A stretch of 64,000 nt of DNA from a virus, in IMG/VR virus record IMGVR_UViG_3300023174_000151, positions 8,114-72,113 of that record. One strand, 5' to 3'. Shown piece after piece: positions 10,057 to 18,609 of this stretch. The notes beneath the pieces are model-generated. The model was not told the DNA's origin and ran no database searches. It saw only the letters and a program-made list of their open reading frames with translations. Made by a program: the position numbers and the translations under genes. The stretch's first letter is position 1. Every line of letters starts with the position of its first letter.

Positions 10057-10083
10057 CGTCCTGGTGATGACGTGAAAAGCACC
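10057..10083 (+). promoter_or_regulatory. candidate pseudoknot leader, copy 3
   Basis: CGTC/GACG and GGTG/CACC with a TGAAAA linker; ATG at 10107. Confidence 0.5.
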
Positions 10084-10106
10084 GCCAAACCTACCTATTC
10101 AATTTA

Positions 10107-10220
10107 ATGTTTGAAACCATTCTTGCTTACATTCTTCCCTTTGCCAAAGACTTACTTTGGACAGCATGCGCAGCAATGCTGGCCTTAGTACTCGCCAAAA
10201 TCAAATCCCAATTCATCTGA
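10107..10220 (+). CDS. small membrane peptide (37 aa)
   Basis: Hand-translated MFETILAYILPFAKDLLWTACAAMLALVLAKIKSQFI; hydrophobic; not in the ORF track. Confidence 0.55.
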   Translation: MFETILAYILPFAKDLLWTACAAMLALVLAKIKSQFI

Positions 10221-10223
10221 ACC

Positions 10224-10937
10224 ATGGCTCAAATTACTAGCACCAAACTCAAAGAACTTTCTGTTATCAAACTCTATGAACACTATGCTGCCCTTGAGAA
10301 GTCTCTTCCTTTACTCACTTCTGAGTCCCAGGACTTGGCAAAAGCTGAACTGGAATCTTGTATTGACTTACGCTCAGAGAAAGTTGATCGTATCTATTAT
10401 GCAATGGCCGCGCATGAAGATGCGTTGGAACGTATCAAAAAAGAAGGTGACTTAGTTGCAACAGCTAAGCTTCACCACACATCACAACTTAAATCTCTTA
10501 AGGGTTTATTAAGTTATCTACGTCGGGTCCTGCCATTGGATACCAACAAGATCACTGGCCGCAACTATCAATTCACTCTCATTAAAAAAAAGGAGCTTAC
10601 TGTTGAAATCAACTCGGACCCGGAGCTTTGGAACATTGACGAAAAGTCAACCTATTGTATGGAAGAAGAAACAACCACAACTAAAAGAGTTGTGCTACGT
10701 TCATTCTCAGGAGAAGTTCTATCCGATAGAACAGAACCTAAAACAACCACTAAAGTCCTCCCTAATCTCGATGTCATACGCTGCGCCTATCAAAATGGAC
10801 AACAACTCCCGACCGGTGTCAAAGTTGTCCAAGACTATAGTGTCAGATCCAAACGAATCTTTAATGAATCAAGAATGGACTTGGTTGCATCCGAGTATCC
10901 AAGAGAGCTTTTACCTGAAGATTCCAGCGCCGACTAA
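10224..10937 (+). CDS. Siphovirus Gp157-like protein
   Basis: Coiled-coil with EKVDRI...LKSLKGLL and a C-terminal PNLDVIR...GQQLPTGV segment, the layout of Gp157/Gam-like proteins. Confidence 0.6.
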   Translation: MAQITSTKLKELSVIKLYEHYAALEKSLPLLTSESQDLAKAELESCIDLRSEKVDRIYYAMAAHEDALERIKKEGDLVATAKLHHTSQLKSLKGLLSYLRRVLPLDTNKITGRNYQFTLIKKKELTVEINSDPELWNIDEKSTYCMEEETTTTKRVVLRSFSGEVLSDRTEPKTTTKVLPNLDVIRCAYQNGQQLPTGVKVVQDYSVRSKRIFNESRMDLVASEYPRELLPEDSSAD

Positions 10938-11196
10938 TGTAGATGACGCTCGCATTAAAATGAGTTGTCATGACCATGCTCTTAAGGACTTTGATCTCCA
11001 GTTGGAGATGAATGACTTACAGGCTGACATGTTAAAAGATAATAATGAGGTTATACCATACCATGGAGATGAGCATGATGACTTGGAAGCAAAAAGATTA
11101 AAACTTCTTTTTGGTAAACGGTTTCATCAGAATGCTAGTAATGCCTATTGGTATTGGTTGCAAAAAGAAAAACCATGTAGTAATAAAGTAAATTGA
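10864..11196 (+). CDS. hypothetical protein
   Basis: 3' part of track ORF 10603-11196; the MNQEW start is more plausible. Confidence 0.55.
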   Translation: MNQEWTWLHPSIQESFYLKIPAPTNVDDARIKMSCHDHALKDFDLQLEMNDLQADMLKDNNEVIPYHGDEHDDLEAKRLKLLFGKRFHQNASNAYWYWLQKEKPCSNKVN

Positions 11197-11225
11197 ACTA
11201 CAATTAAAGAAAGATAAGGAGTCTC

Positions 11226-11489
11226 ATGGACGTAGATCCCACATTAGTTAATCTTATATCTGGGTTCACATCAGAGGGGACTCCTCTTTCTGCTACTATT
11301 GGTTCAAAGATTGAACATGCTGTCGTTATCTTGACGGCAGCAATGTTAGCTAATGAAAACTTAGCTGCTTCTATGGATGCAGCTGAGATGGCAGACGCAG
11401 CAATTAATTATTACCACGTCATTCAAGAACGTCTTGGTTACTACCAGCAGAACCAAAGTCAGTCATTAGAACGTCTACTAAATAGCTAA
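11226..11489 (+). CDS. hypothetical protein
   Basis: 87 aa; AAGGAG Shine-Dalgarno upstream. Confidence 0.7.
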   Translation: MDVDPTLVNLISGFTSEGTPLSATIGSKIEHAVVILTAAMLANENLAASMDAAEMADAAINYYHVIQERLGYYQQNQSQSLERLLNS

Positions 11490-11683
11490 TGGAAATTGCA
11501 GGTAAGTATTCAGCATTGGCATCTGAAGCTTTTAATTTAGGAGCAGGTAACCCACGTAAAGGATTTGTAGAAGGACAGAAGGGTCTTTCATTGGGAAGGT
11601 ATGCGGGTAACGCAGCTCTCATGGATGCACACCCACAGGTTGCTTTTGGTTCTCAAAGTTTAGGCTTTAGCCCAGCTCCTTAA
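11489..11683 (+). CDS. hypothetical Gly/Ala-rich protein
   Basis: TAATG coupling to the previous gene. Confidence 0.5.
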   Translation: MEIAGKYSALASEAFNLGAGNPRKGFVEGQKGLSLGRYAGNAALMDAHPQVAFGSQSLGFSPAP

Positions 11684-11723
11684 ACTTAATTTTTCTGCTA
11701 ACCTAGACTAACGTTTACTTCGA

Positions 11724-11918
11724 TTGATGGAACCCGATCCAAAGCTAAAGCTCACCGTGTCACTATCGGTGGATGTTGAACTCATTTATAAACCTTTTGC
11801 AGGTAAAACTCCTGACGAAGTCGTGGAGTATTTACAAGATGAACTTCATACTTTACTTTTTGAATTAGATGAAGTTATTGGCGTCGCATCCAATTGCACA
11901 TCCTTCCATGAACACTGA
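11724..11918 (+). CDS. hypothetical protein
   Basis: 64-aa ORF. Confidence 0.55.
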   Translation: MMEPDPKLKLTVSLSVDVELIYKPFAGKTPDEVVEYLQDELHTLLFELDEVIGVASNCTSFHEH

Positions 11919-12147
11919 TTACCTTTACGCCTGGGATGTTGTAGAACAACAGAAACGTGTGGACTTTATGGAGCGTATGTACCAGTGTTCTGGTAGAGCC
12001 GTTGCTGGACATCCCATGGAAGGACTATATACTGGGTTATGGCAAGACTTTTGTATCCGTGAAGCTGGCCCTGTCATGCGTGAACGGTACTTTGAAATGC
12101 TTGAAGCCATCCAACTTTACAATGACAACCTCCTCCAACCCGCTTAA
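11908..12147 (+). CDS. hypothetical protein
   Basis: MNTDYLY start within track ORF 11869-12147; contains GLYTGLWQ. Confidence 0.55.
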   Translation: MNTDYLYAWDVVEQQKRVDFMERMYQCSGRAVAGHPMEGLYTGLWQDFCIREAGPVMRERYFEMLEAIQLYNDNLLQPA

Positions 12148-12151
12148 CACA

Positions 12152-12535
12152 ATGAACAGCTCGTACACCCCTGAAGAATCTAAAGCTTGGTCTAATGGGT
12201 CTTCTAAAGAGTTAAAGGAACTCGTTAAATCCTTCAAGCAAAACATTGTAGCTGAATTAGATGAGCCCTTGGTGACTAAAGACTCTAGAGAAAAGCTACA
12301 TGATACTACTGCGAGTACAGCACAATCTATTGAACATGCTGAGTGTTTAAAAAAAACAAGAGAATACTTTGCAGATACTATCTGTGAAGCTATGGATGAA
12401 CTAACAGGAAAAGAAGTGTATCAAGCTTTCTATATAGCATGTAAAGCACTAAGAAATATTACCAAAAAAGAATACAATAATGCTAATGAATTGTTTGAAT
12501 GTTTAGATAACAAACCTGATGTCACTGTATTCTAA
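12152..12535 (+). CDS. hypothetical protein
   Basis: MNSSYTP start within track ORF 11957-12535. Confidence 0.55.
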   Translation: MNSSYTPEESKAWSNGSSKELKELVKSFKQNIVAELDEPLVTKDSREKLHDTTASTAQSIEHAECLKKTREYFADTICEAMDELTGKEVYQAFYIACKALRNITKKEYNNANELFECLDNKPDVTVF

Positions 12536-12774
12536 TGGGACGTACCAAAGAATCAGATTATCCTGTGTGGGTCTGCCAGAATTGTGGCGAAGCTTATGGT
12601 GACTGGTATAAGAAAGGTAACTATATAGGTCCACCTAACTTTCTTTCTACCTGTCATATGGGTACATGTGATGTCTGTGGTACAACAGAAACTATTGTTA
12701 CTGAGCCACGGGATTTTGGTCACCTTAGACCTACATGGAAAGAAGAGTATGCAAGAAGTATAGAGTCGCAGTAA
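12535..12774 (+). CDS. small zinc-finger protein
   Basis: CQNC and CDVC pairs. Confidence 0.65.
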   Translation: MGRTKESDYPVWVCQNCGEAYGDWYKKGNYIGPPNFLSTCHMGTCDVCGTTETIVTEPRDFGHLRPTWKEEYARSIESQ

Positions 12775-12786
12775 GTATGTTATTAC

Positions 12787-13122
12787 TTAGTCGGCGCCTA
12801 GACTAAACAATACAGTAGCTGCTGTACCGCCTGATTCAGATACAAAGACAGGTTGTACGTACTTAACTGGGTGGTTGGCAATATTGTAATGGGTCGTACC
12901 ATTAGCGGTAATAGTTTGGTTTGCAATTATCTTTGACCAATTTGTACCATCAATTGAACCGTTTAATGCGACGATAACGTTAGTGTTAATGCTTGCAACA
13001 GTAGTAAACAAGACATAGTTCCTTGTATTAATTCTGTCTCCTAATTGAACTGAAGTTGACACACCAGAAGCAGGTGCTGTTAATGTGTCGTATGTAACAA
13101 AGAAAGCTTCCGAAAAATTCAT
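12787..13122 (-). CDS. hypothetical beta-rich (possibly virion) protein
   Basis: 111 aa; GSIDGTNW motif; TAGAAT upstream. Confidence 0.6.
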   Translation of the reverse strand: MNFSEAFFVTYDTLTAPASGVSTSVQLGDRINTRNYVLFTTVASINTNVIVALNGSIDGTNWSKIIANQTITANGTTHYNIANHPVKYVQPVFVSESGGTAATVLFSLGAD

Positions 13123-13212
13123 AGCTATTGTTTTTTACTATTCTAAATTATGTATTCTATCAACGCCACTTAAGACACGTCACTGATAAAATAAAAGTAC
13201 TGAATAAAAACT

Positions 13213-13764
13213 ATGTACACCCCCGGTCCTCAAGATGTAGTACAGGTTCAAACCCCTCCTGTTCAAGAGGCACCTCAACCACAAGCTAAGATCAAAGCAC
13301 CTAGTAAATCTAAGGAAGGCGACGTAGGCGCCTTTATACAACAATGTATTTCTTTGTGTTCCTACTTAAATGAATTACGGACACAATCTCATTTGATACA
13401 TTTGAACTATGAAGGATCTAACTTCTTTGGTGTTCATGCTTTCTTGAAAGAACAATACGAAGCACATCAAGATCAATTTGATAAGTTAGGTGAGTTCATT
13501 AGGTCCATGGATTACTTAATGCCTATGTGTGCCAAAGGATTGGCTGATGCTGCCCCAGGGTTTAAGAATTGTGTTAGCTATAAAGGTAATGAAATGTTAA
13601 TTACGTACTATAAAAACCTAGAAGATTTTGCTATGCGTTGTAAAAAGGTAGAAGAACTTGCTGGTAAAGTACATGCCATTGATATTCAGAATTATATAGC
13701 AGAACTAGCAGGAGAAATCTTTAAGGCAGCATGGATGGTTAAGGCTACCTTGAGGAATGGTTAA
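13213..13764 (+). CDS. dps: Dps/ferritin-like DNA protection protein
   Basis: HLIHLNYEGSNFFGVHAFLKEQYE...FDKLGEFIRS ferroxidase signature; C-terminal KAAWM. Confidence 0.8.
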   Translation: MYTPGPQDVVQVQTPPVQEAPQPQAKIKAPSKSKEGDVGAFIQQCISLCSYLNELRTQSHLIHLNYEGSNFFGVHAFLKEQYEAHQDQFDKLGEFIRSMDYLMPMCAKGLADAAPGFKNCVSYKGNEMLITYYKNLEDFAMRCKKVEELAGKVHAIDIQNYIAELAGEIFKAAWMVKATLRNG

Positions 13765-14378
13765 TGCCTAATCTTTTTGAAAGTTTTTTAAATCAAGTTA
13801 ATCAAAAATATAAAGAGGCTGATAAAGCTACTGGTGGTTGGTTACCAGGGGGTGGTACTGCTTCTCCAGTAACTCGTAAAGCTCAAGAACTTACAAGATC
13901 AATCACGCCTGTAAACATTCGAGATAAAATTGCCATTCCTCTTTTAGATAAAGGTATTGAAAGCGGAATACTTCCTGCTGCTCCTGCAATGTTTGGACGG
14001 TATCTTAGTGGTACTAGTAATCCTTTAACGGTTTTACCAACTTCAATTAAACAAGATATTTCAAGACTTGTTTCCCAAAGTTCTGATTATCCTGAACTTG
14101 TCAATACACAAAAGTCAAATACTCTTTTACCTGTGAACTGGGGATACGTAGACCGTGGTCCATCAACGTTAACGCTTGGGTCTTTTACTGTAGATCCTCG
14201 TTTAAAAGAAGTTACTGATCGGTACAAATTCGATGATTTAGCAACAGATACACAAGAAGGAAATATTTATTCTGATGCACAAGAAGGCGGACTACCTGCT
14301 TCTTTCTTAATTAATTTTGCCTTGAATAAAGGGTTAATTACACCGCAAAGTGGTTACAACATTCAAGCAAAATATTAA
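13764..14378 (+). CDS. hypothetical protein
   Basis: 204 aa; TAATG coupling to dps. Confidence 0.65.
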   Translation: MPNLFESFLNQVNQKYKEADKATGGWLPGGGTASPVTRKAQELTRSITPVNIRDKIAIPLLDKGIESGILPAAPAMFGRYLSGTSNPLTVLPTSIKQDISRLVSQSSDYPELVNTQKSNTLLPVNWGYVDRGPSTLTLGSFTVDPRLKEVTDRYKFDDLATDTQEGNIYSDAQEGGLPASFLINFALNKGLITPQSGYNIQAKY

Positions 14379-14381
14379 TGT

Positions 14382-14608
14382 AAAGGGCGACCCCAGACTT
14401 TCGGGGCGAGGTACATTTAATGCAGTTGACCTAGCTGCACCCTTTATATTTTTGGGACCTCCTTCTAGGCTATGGGCCTAACGAGTATCCCGTATTGCGG
14501 GTCCCATCCCCGCTGGGTTCTTTAGCAAGATCAAAGAACGCACCCTCCCGTTTAGCCGGAAGTACACTGAACCCGATACTAATGCAGAGCAATGCAGAGC
14601 GGGTACTC
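14382..14608. ncRNA. candidate structured non-coding RNA
   Basis: GC-rich, ORF-free gap between convergent genes with many complementary segments (see findings). Confidence 0.45.
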
Positions 14609-14613
14609 AATTA

Positions 14614-15285
14614 TTATACAGTTTCATTTGGAGTTTTCCAAAAGTAATCGTCTTGTTCTCCAAGCCTGCCCCACTTAGGTGCGTGTTCTACATCAAAATA
14701 ACGTGTAGACACCTTGAAGTCTGGTGTCTTTAACTCATGGTTAGTTAAAGATGCGTCAACCATGCGACAGCGATTATTGGGATAAGCACCAATTTGACCA
14801 TTGTCCAGCTCCACGATGTTATGTGACTTGTGCTCGTCGGGGAATTCTGAGAAGTAGAAATCAGGTTCATTCCTATGCGGGTGGTAGTTGTCTACTGTAA
14901 ATATATACCTACCACTCATGACTCCTGCGCTACGTGTCAGGACTTCAAAACCCATGTTATAGATTAAATTCTTTTCTACAATTGTAATTCCGGTATCAAA
15001 ACCATTCCAAAACTGTAGGTCTGTTAGTGCCAGATCTGGTGTAGGTGGTTTGGGTTTGTCCGGATGGTCTGGATCCCAGGATAAGAATGCACTAATAGGT
15101 AGCTTGTCATACAAGGCACCATACTCGGTTAGGTATGTTTCAAAATAAAGGGCACGACCACTTAATGACTTACATGTTACCCAATAGCCAGGTGTGTACT
15201 CACCATAGCCATCACGTAGATCACGCAAGTACTCACGACGAACCCATACCTTGATAGGTGGGACGTTTGCAACAAGGGTTGTCAC
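14614..15285 (-). CDS. conserved hypothetical phage protein
   Basis: 223 aa; ANVPPIKVWVRREYL, YDKLPISAF and GQIGAYPNNR motifs. Confidence 0.75.
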   Translation of the reverse strand: MTTLVANVPPIKVWVRREYLRDLRDGYGEYTPGYWVTCKSLSGRALYFETYLTEYGALYDKLPISAFLSWDPDHPDKPKPPTPDLALTDLQFWNGFDTGITIVEKNLIYNMGFEVLTRSAGVMSGRYIFTVDNYHPHRNEPDFYFSEFPDEHKSHNIVELDNGQIGAYPNNRCRMVDASLTNHELKTPDFKVSTRYFDVEHAPKWGRLGEQDDYFWKTPNETV

Positions 15286-15320
15286 AGAAATCTCTGATGT
15301 TTTATATCAGAGATCCTACC

Positions 15321-15491
15321 TTACTTTTTCTTTTTAGGTGGTACTGCACCTTTCTTAGGCGGTACTGGTGCTCCCTTTTTGGGAGGTACGGCACCTTTCT
15401 TAGGTGGTACTGGTGCTCCCTTCTTACCTGCTTCTTCTTTTCCTACTGGCACTAAACCTTTACCAGGAACAAACTTTTTTTCTACGGCCAT
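15321..15491 (-). CDS. small Lys/Pro-rich repeat protein (56 aa)
   Basis: Hand-translated MAVEKKFVPGKGLVPVGKEEAG, then KKGA(P)VPP x4, then KKKK. Confidence 0.6.
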   Translation of the reverse strand: MAVEKKFVPGKGLVPVGKEEAGKKGAPVPPKKGAVPPKKGAPVPPKKGAVPPKKKK

Positions 15492-15523
15492 GATTAAGAG
15501 ATATCTCTTATGTAAGTATACTA

Positions 15524-15724
15524 CTATTTATTGTCTTTGTAACGTCTTGCTGCACGTCCTGCTCTCTTTGCTTTTTCAGTGTTAGCAACAAACTGTTTGC
15601 CTTGTTTACTACCAGCTCTTTTCTTTTGGTCTGTGTCTTCACGTTCTTCTGGTGACAGGGAAGCCCATGCCTTTTCTGGTAGGTAACGTTTGGTATAACC
15701 TTTTTGAATTGCTTTATCAGACAT
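15524..15724 (-). CDS. small basic protein
   Basis: RYLPEKAWASLS...KQFV; coupled to the upstream gene. Confidence 0.7.
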   Translation of the reverse strand: MSDKAIQKGYTKRYLPEKAWASLSPEEREDTDQKKRAGSKQGKQFVANTEKAKRAGRAARRYKDNK

Positions 15725-16008
15725 TACTTACTCTCCTTATATTTTTTAGCAGCAGCTTTAGCTTTGCTGCGTTTTTCATACTCATCTTTAGTGCCCCATT
15801 TTTCTTTACCCCACTTCTCTAAATCTTTTTGCTTCTCACCTTTTCCCCCTTGGTAGCCACCACCTTTCTCTTTGTATTCACTGGCAACCATTTGAGCTTT
15901 ACGTGCAGACCATTGGCCTGGTTTACCTCCACTGGAACCAGCCATGATACGATTTTTGATACGTTCACGTAATTCTGGTTTGGTATATTTGTTATCCTCT
16001 TGGGGCAT
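15724..16008 (-). CDS. small basic protein
   Basis: YTKPELRERIK...GQWSARKAQ...GGGY motif seen in small phage proteins. Confidence 0.7.
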   Translation of the reverse strand: MPQEDNKYTKPELRERIKNRIMAGSSGGKPGQWSARKAQMVASEYKEKGGGYQGGKGEKQKDLEKWGKEKWGTKDEYEKRSKAKAAAKKYKESK

Positions 16009-16162
16009 TACGTTCTTGTTTTTGTTCCTTTAATATTTTATCCCACTTACATGGACGCAAGAACTTATCCCAGTCTTTTCCTGGGTCTGGGATTTTTTCT
16101 TCTAGTTCTAGAAAGAACTTTTCAAATCTTTCCGATTCGGAAGGCAACTGTATCGTCATCTT
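15992..16162 (-). CDS. hypothetical protein
   Basis: Track ORF 15992-16189; the MTIQLP start is likely (start coordinate approximate). Confidence 0.4.
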   Translation of the reverse strand, partial: KMTIQLPSESERFEKFFLELEEKIPDPGKDWDKFLRPCKWDKILKEQKQERNAPRG

Positions 16163-16340
16163 TATCTTTGAGTTTTTGCATAATGTCATTCATCTGATCC
16201 AAGGTGTCGATTCGACAGATGAGTTCAGAGATGGCACTAACAATTATAGGATGTTCAGTGCGTGCAGCAAAAGCTAATGCCTCACGTAAATGAGAGACTG
16301 ATTCATCTAATGAACCTTTGACTTGACTGGAGAGTGCCAT
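16122..16340 (-). CDS. hypothetical protein
   Basis: 72 aa; LREALAFAARTE motif. Confidence 0.6.
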   Translation of the reverse strand: MALSSQVKGSLDESVSHLREALAFAARTEHPIIVSAISELICRIDTLDQMNDIMQKLKDKDDDTVAFRIGKI

Positions 16341-16371
16341 GGTTGAGATTTATGGTATTCCTAGTATAGTT

Positions 16372-16962
16372 CTAACACCAAATCCAGCCAACTTGATAGG
16401 AATCAAAGTACGGATCTACGCCAAGTGCTTCCATTAATTCATGTACTAGGCGTCCTTTTCCATGGCGTCTACTGTCGGCTGCCTTGATGTTGTCATCTAC
16501 GACAATTAAAGTACCTGGACCAAGAAGGTTGTAGCCTGCAAACAGTTCCTTTAGATGATGGGAGGCTGGAGCCCAATCGTTATTCCAGTCAGTAATGTTG
16601 TAGGAATCTAGGTATAGAAGGTCTATTGGACCAAAGAGGGTGTCTAGTGTTTCAACGGAATCACCTTCTATTACCTTGGCATGTTTGGTGTTCTCACGAG
16701 CCAAGGCGCAAGCCGCTGGGTCGTTGTCAATTGAAATTAATTTTCCAGTGCCACGGATGTCGATGTAGTTGTCAAAAAGAAGGGTGGAGCAACCATCGCC
16801 TGTGTAGTTGTTTTCTTCTCGGTAGGTACCGGTCTCTACGATGAGTGGTTCTTTGGAGGTATCTAAGTATTGAAAGATTTTTTCAAAGGTTAATTGCCTG
16901 GCACCAAGACGTGTTTTGATTGGATCGAAGTAGTCATTCCAAGTGGTTTGAGTTGATTTCAT
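16372..16962 (-). CDS. class I SAM-dependent methyltransferase
   Basis: IVETGT, ISIDND, GDSV, DLLYLDS and LIVVDD motifs. Confidence 0.8.
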   Translation of the reverse strand: MKSTQTTWNDYFDPIKTRLGARQLTFEKIFQYLDTSKEPLIVETGTYREENNYTGDGCSTLLFDNYIDIRGTGKLISIDNDPAACALARENTKHAKVIEGDSVETLDTLFGPIDLLYLDSYNITDWNNDWAPASHHLKELFAGYNLLGPGTLIVVDDNIKAADSRRHGKGRLVHELMEALGVDPYFDSYQVGWIWC

Positions 16963-17189
16963 GGCTAGAGTTCTATGCGTGTGTAAAGGATCTGTAAGGA
17001 TTGTAGCTCCTGTTCGTACGTATCTGCATCTGCTTTACTCACGTCTTGACATGCAAAGCCAAGTAGGCATTCGGATGTAGGGCGACCTTCATCAAGATCA
17101 AAATAGAAACGTGTCAAATCAATTGTCATGTAAGGTGAGCATCAATGTAAAAAATCTGTTACAGTTTTACTAATACATCTGCTCTTGCA

Positions 17190-18041
17190 ATGGCTGCTTT
17201 AAGCATAGTAGACGAGCTTACGGGTAAATACCAAGGGGATTCTGAGCTACTGGAGAAGTTAAACGAGAAGCCTGCACGAGTCACCATCAATGGTAAGAGA
17301 CATTATCACACTCCTTTTGTAACGGGACCGGCGCCATCGGTAACTACTATTTTAAGTGAGACTGCATCTGAGGCCAACAAACAAAAGTTGGAAATGTGGT
17401 CTAAGAATAATCCAGGCGTGAAGGAAGCTGCTGCTGAGAGGGGTACCAGTATTCACTATGGGATGGAACAATATTTGAAAGGGAATAAGACTCCGGATAT
17501 ACCCGAAGATTATTCTCCGTTCTGGGATGGTATGCCAAAAGTTCTTGATCAGTTTGAGGAGGTGTTATGGGCAGAGACTCCTATGTTGGAACACCATCAG
17601 TTCACACTTTCAAATGATGGTATTGGCAGGGTGTGGGGCCAGGATGAAGAGGGGCGTGCTTGGTGTGGTAGCCCAGATATCATTGGTGTAGCAAACGGAA
17701 AACTTACGTTGGCTGACTTAAAGACTAGTGTTAAGCCGTACTCACGGAACTGGCCAAAGAATGTAGAGAAGGGATCTCAGGAGTGGCGCGACTTGCTGGG
17801 AGGTAACCTCAAGTTTAAGAAAACGTTAAAGCAATTAGCAGCATATGACTTAGGTGTACAGCAAACGTTAGGCATGAAGGTACAGCAAGCAGCAATACTG
17901 GTATCTACACCAGAAAGAACTCAGGTCTTTAAGATTTCTCGTAACTTCTTGAATAAGATTCACGATGATTGGTATGCTGTAGTAAATGAGTACTACACGC
18001 AGCTTGGTAATTGTAATGTGTATGATCCAGATTTGATTTAG
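17190..18041 (+). CDS. PD-(D/E)XK exonuclease
   Basis: PSVTTIL, ERGTSIH, GSPD...ADLKTS and QLAAY. Confidence 0.85.
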   Translation: MAALSIVDELTGKYQGDSELLEKLNEKPARVTINGKRHYHTPFVTGPAPSVTTILSETASEANKQKLEMWSKNNPGVKEAAAERGTSIHYGMEQYLKGNKTPDIPEDYSPFWDGMPKVLDQFEEVLWAETPMLEHHQFTLSNDGIGRVWGQDEEGRAWCGSPDIIGVANGKLTLADLKTSVKPYSRNWPKNVEKGSQEWRDLLGGNLKFKKTLKQLAAYDLGVQQTLGMKVQQAAILVSTPERTQVFKISRNFLNKIHDDWYAVVNEYYTQLGNCNVYDPDLI

Positions 18042-18062
18042 ATTGGGTGGGTAGATGAGGTA

Positions 18063-18347
18063 ATGCCTGTGTTATTAAGTTTTGTAAAGGTAAATATAGA
18101 GGCGATTATCAAATGGTTAAAGAAAGTTTGGTTTGAGGCAAAGCTTAAGGCGCGACTAGATATGATTGAATTCGAGAATCAGATTGAGGCTGAACAAGAA
18201 CGTAAACAACAAGCTGAGCCTATCTATAGGGAGTACGCTCCTGATCCAGAAAAACAGACTGGTGAGTCCTTAAAGTTAGGTGGGGAGATGCGTCTGTCTG
18301 CACCATGGGTTGTTGAGGACTCTGGTGAGGAGCATAAGGGTTACTGA
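18063..18347 (+). CDS. hypothetical protein
   Basis: 94-aa ORF. Confidence 0.55.
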   Translation: MPVLLSFVKVNIEAIIKWLKKVWFEAKLKARLDMIEFENQIEAEQERKQQAEPIYREYAPDPEKQTGESLKLGGEMRLSAPWVVEDSGEEHKGY

Positions 18348-18417
18348 TCTATAGAATTCCACTGGTTTTCTTTGGGTATGCCAGCCGTAAGATTGTAAGA
18401 CACCGAAAAAAAGAGCC

Positions 18418-18609
18418 ATGAACACCCACGTGATTAGCGTGGGCGAGTGGTCACAATCTCTACTTAACCGCATGGATAGTGCGGTGGAAGGGGATGTGTT
18501 TTGCTTGCCAACACCCATGCACCTACATATGTATGAATTAATAAAAGAACAGTATTTCGACCAGAAGCAGTTTAAAGTGGAAGTCATTCAAACAAAGGCA
18601 GTAGCATGA
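18418..18609 (+). CDS. hypothetical protein
   Basis: 63 aa; ATGA overlap with the primase gene. Confidence 0.55.
   Translation: MNTHVISVGEWSQSLLNRMDSAVEGDVFCLPTPMHLHMYELIKEQYFDQKQFKVEVIQTKAVA

Noticed and set aside
10603-10863. Long overlap between the Gp157-like gene and the next ORF
   Set aside because: An internal ATG at 10864 gives an ordinary short overlap.
14382-14608. tRNA or tmRNA
   Set aside because: No cloverleaf, T-loop (GTTCRA) or CCA end was found on either strand.
17190-18041. Cas4 of a CRISPR system
   Set aside because: It lacks the Fe-S cysteine set and CRISPR context; it is a typical phage exonuclease.
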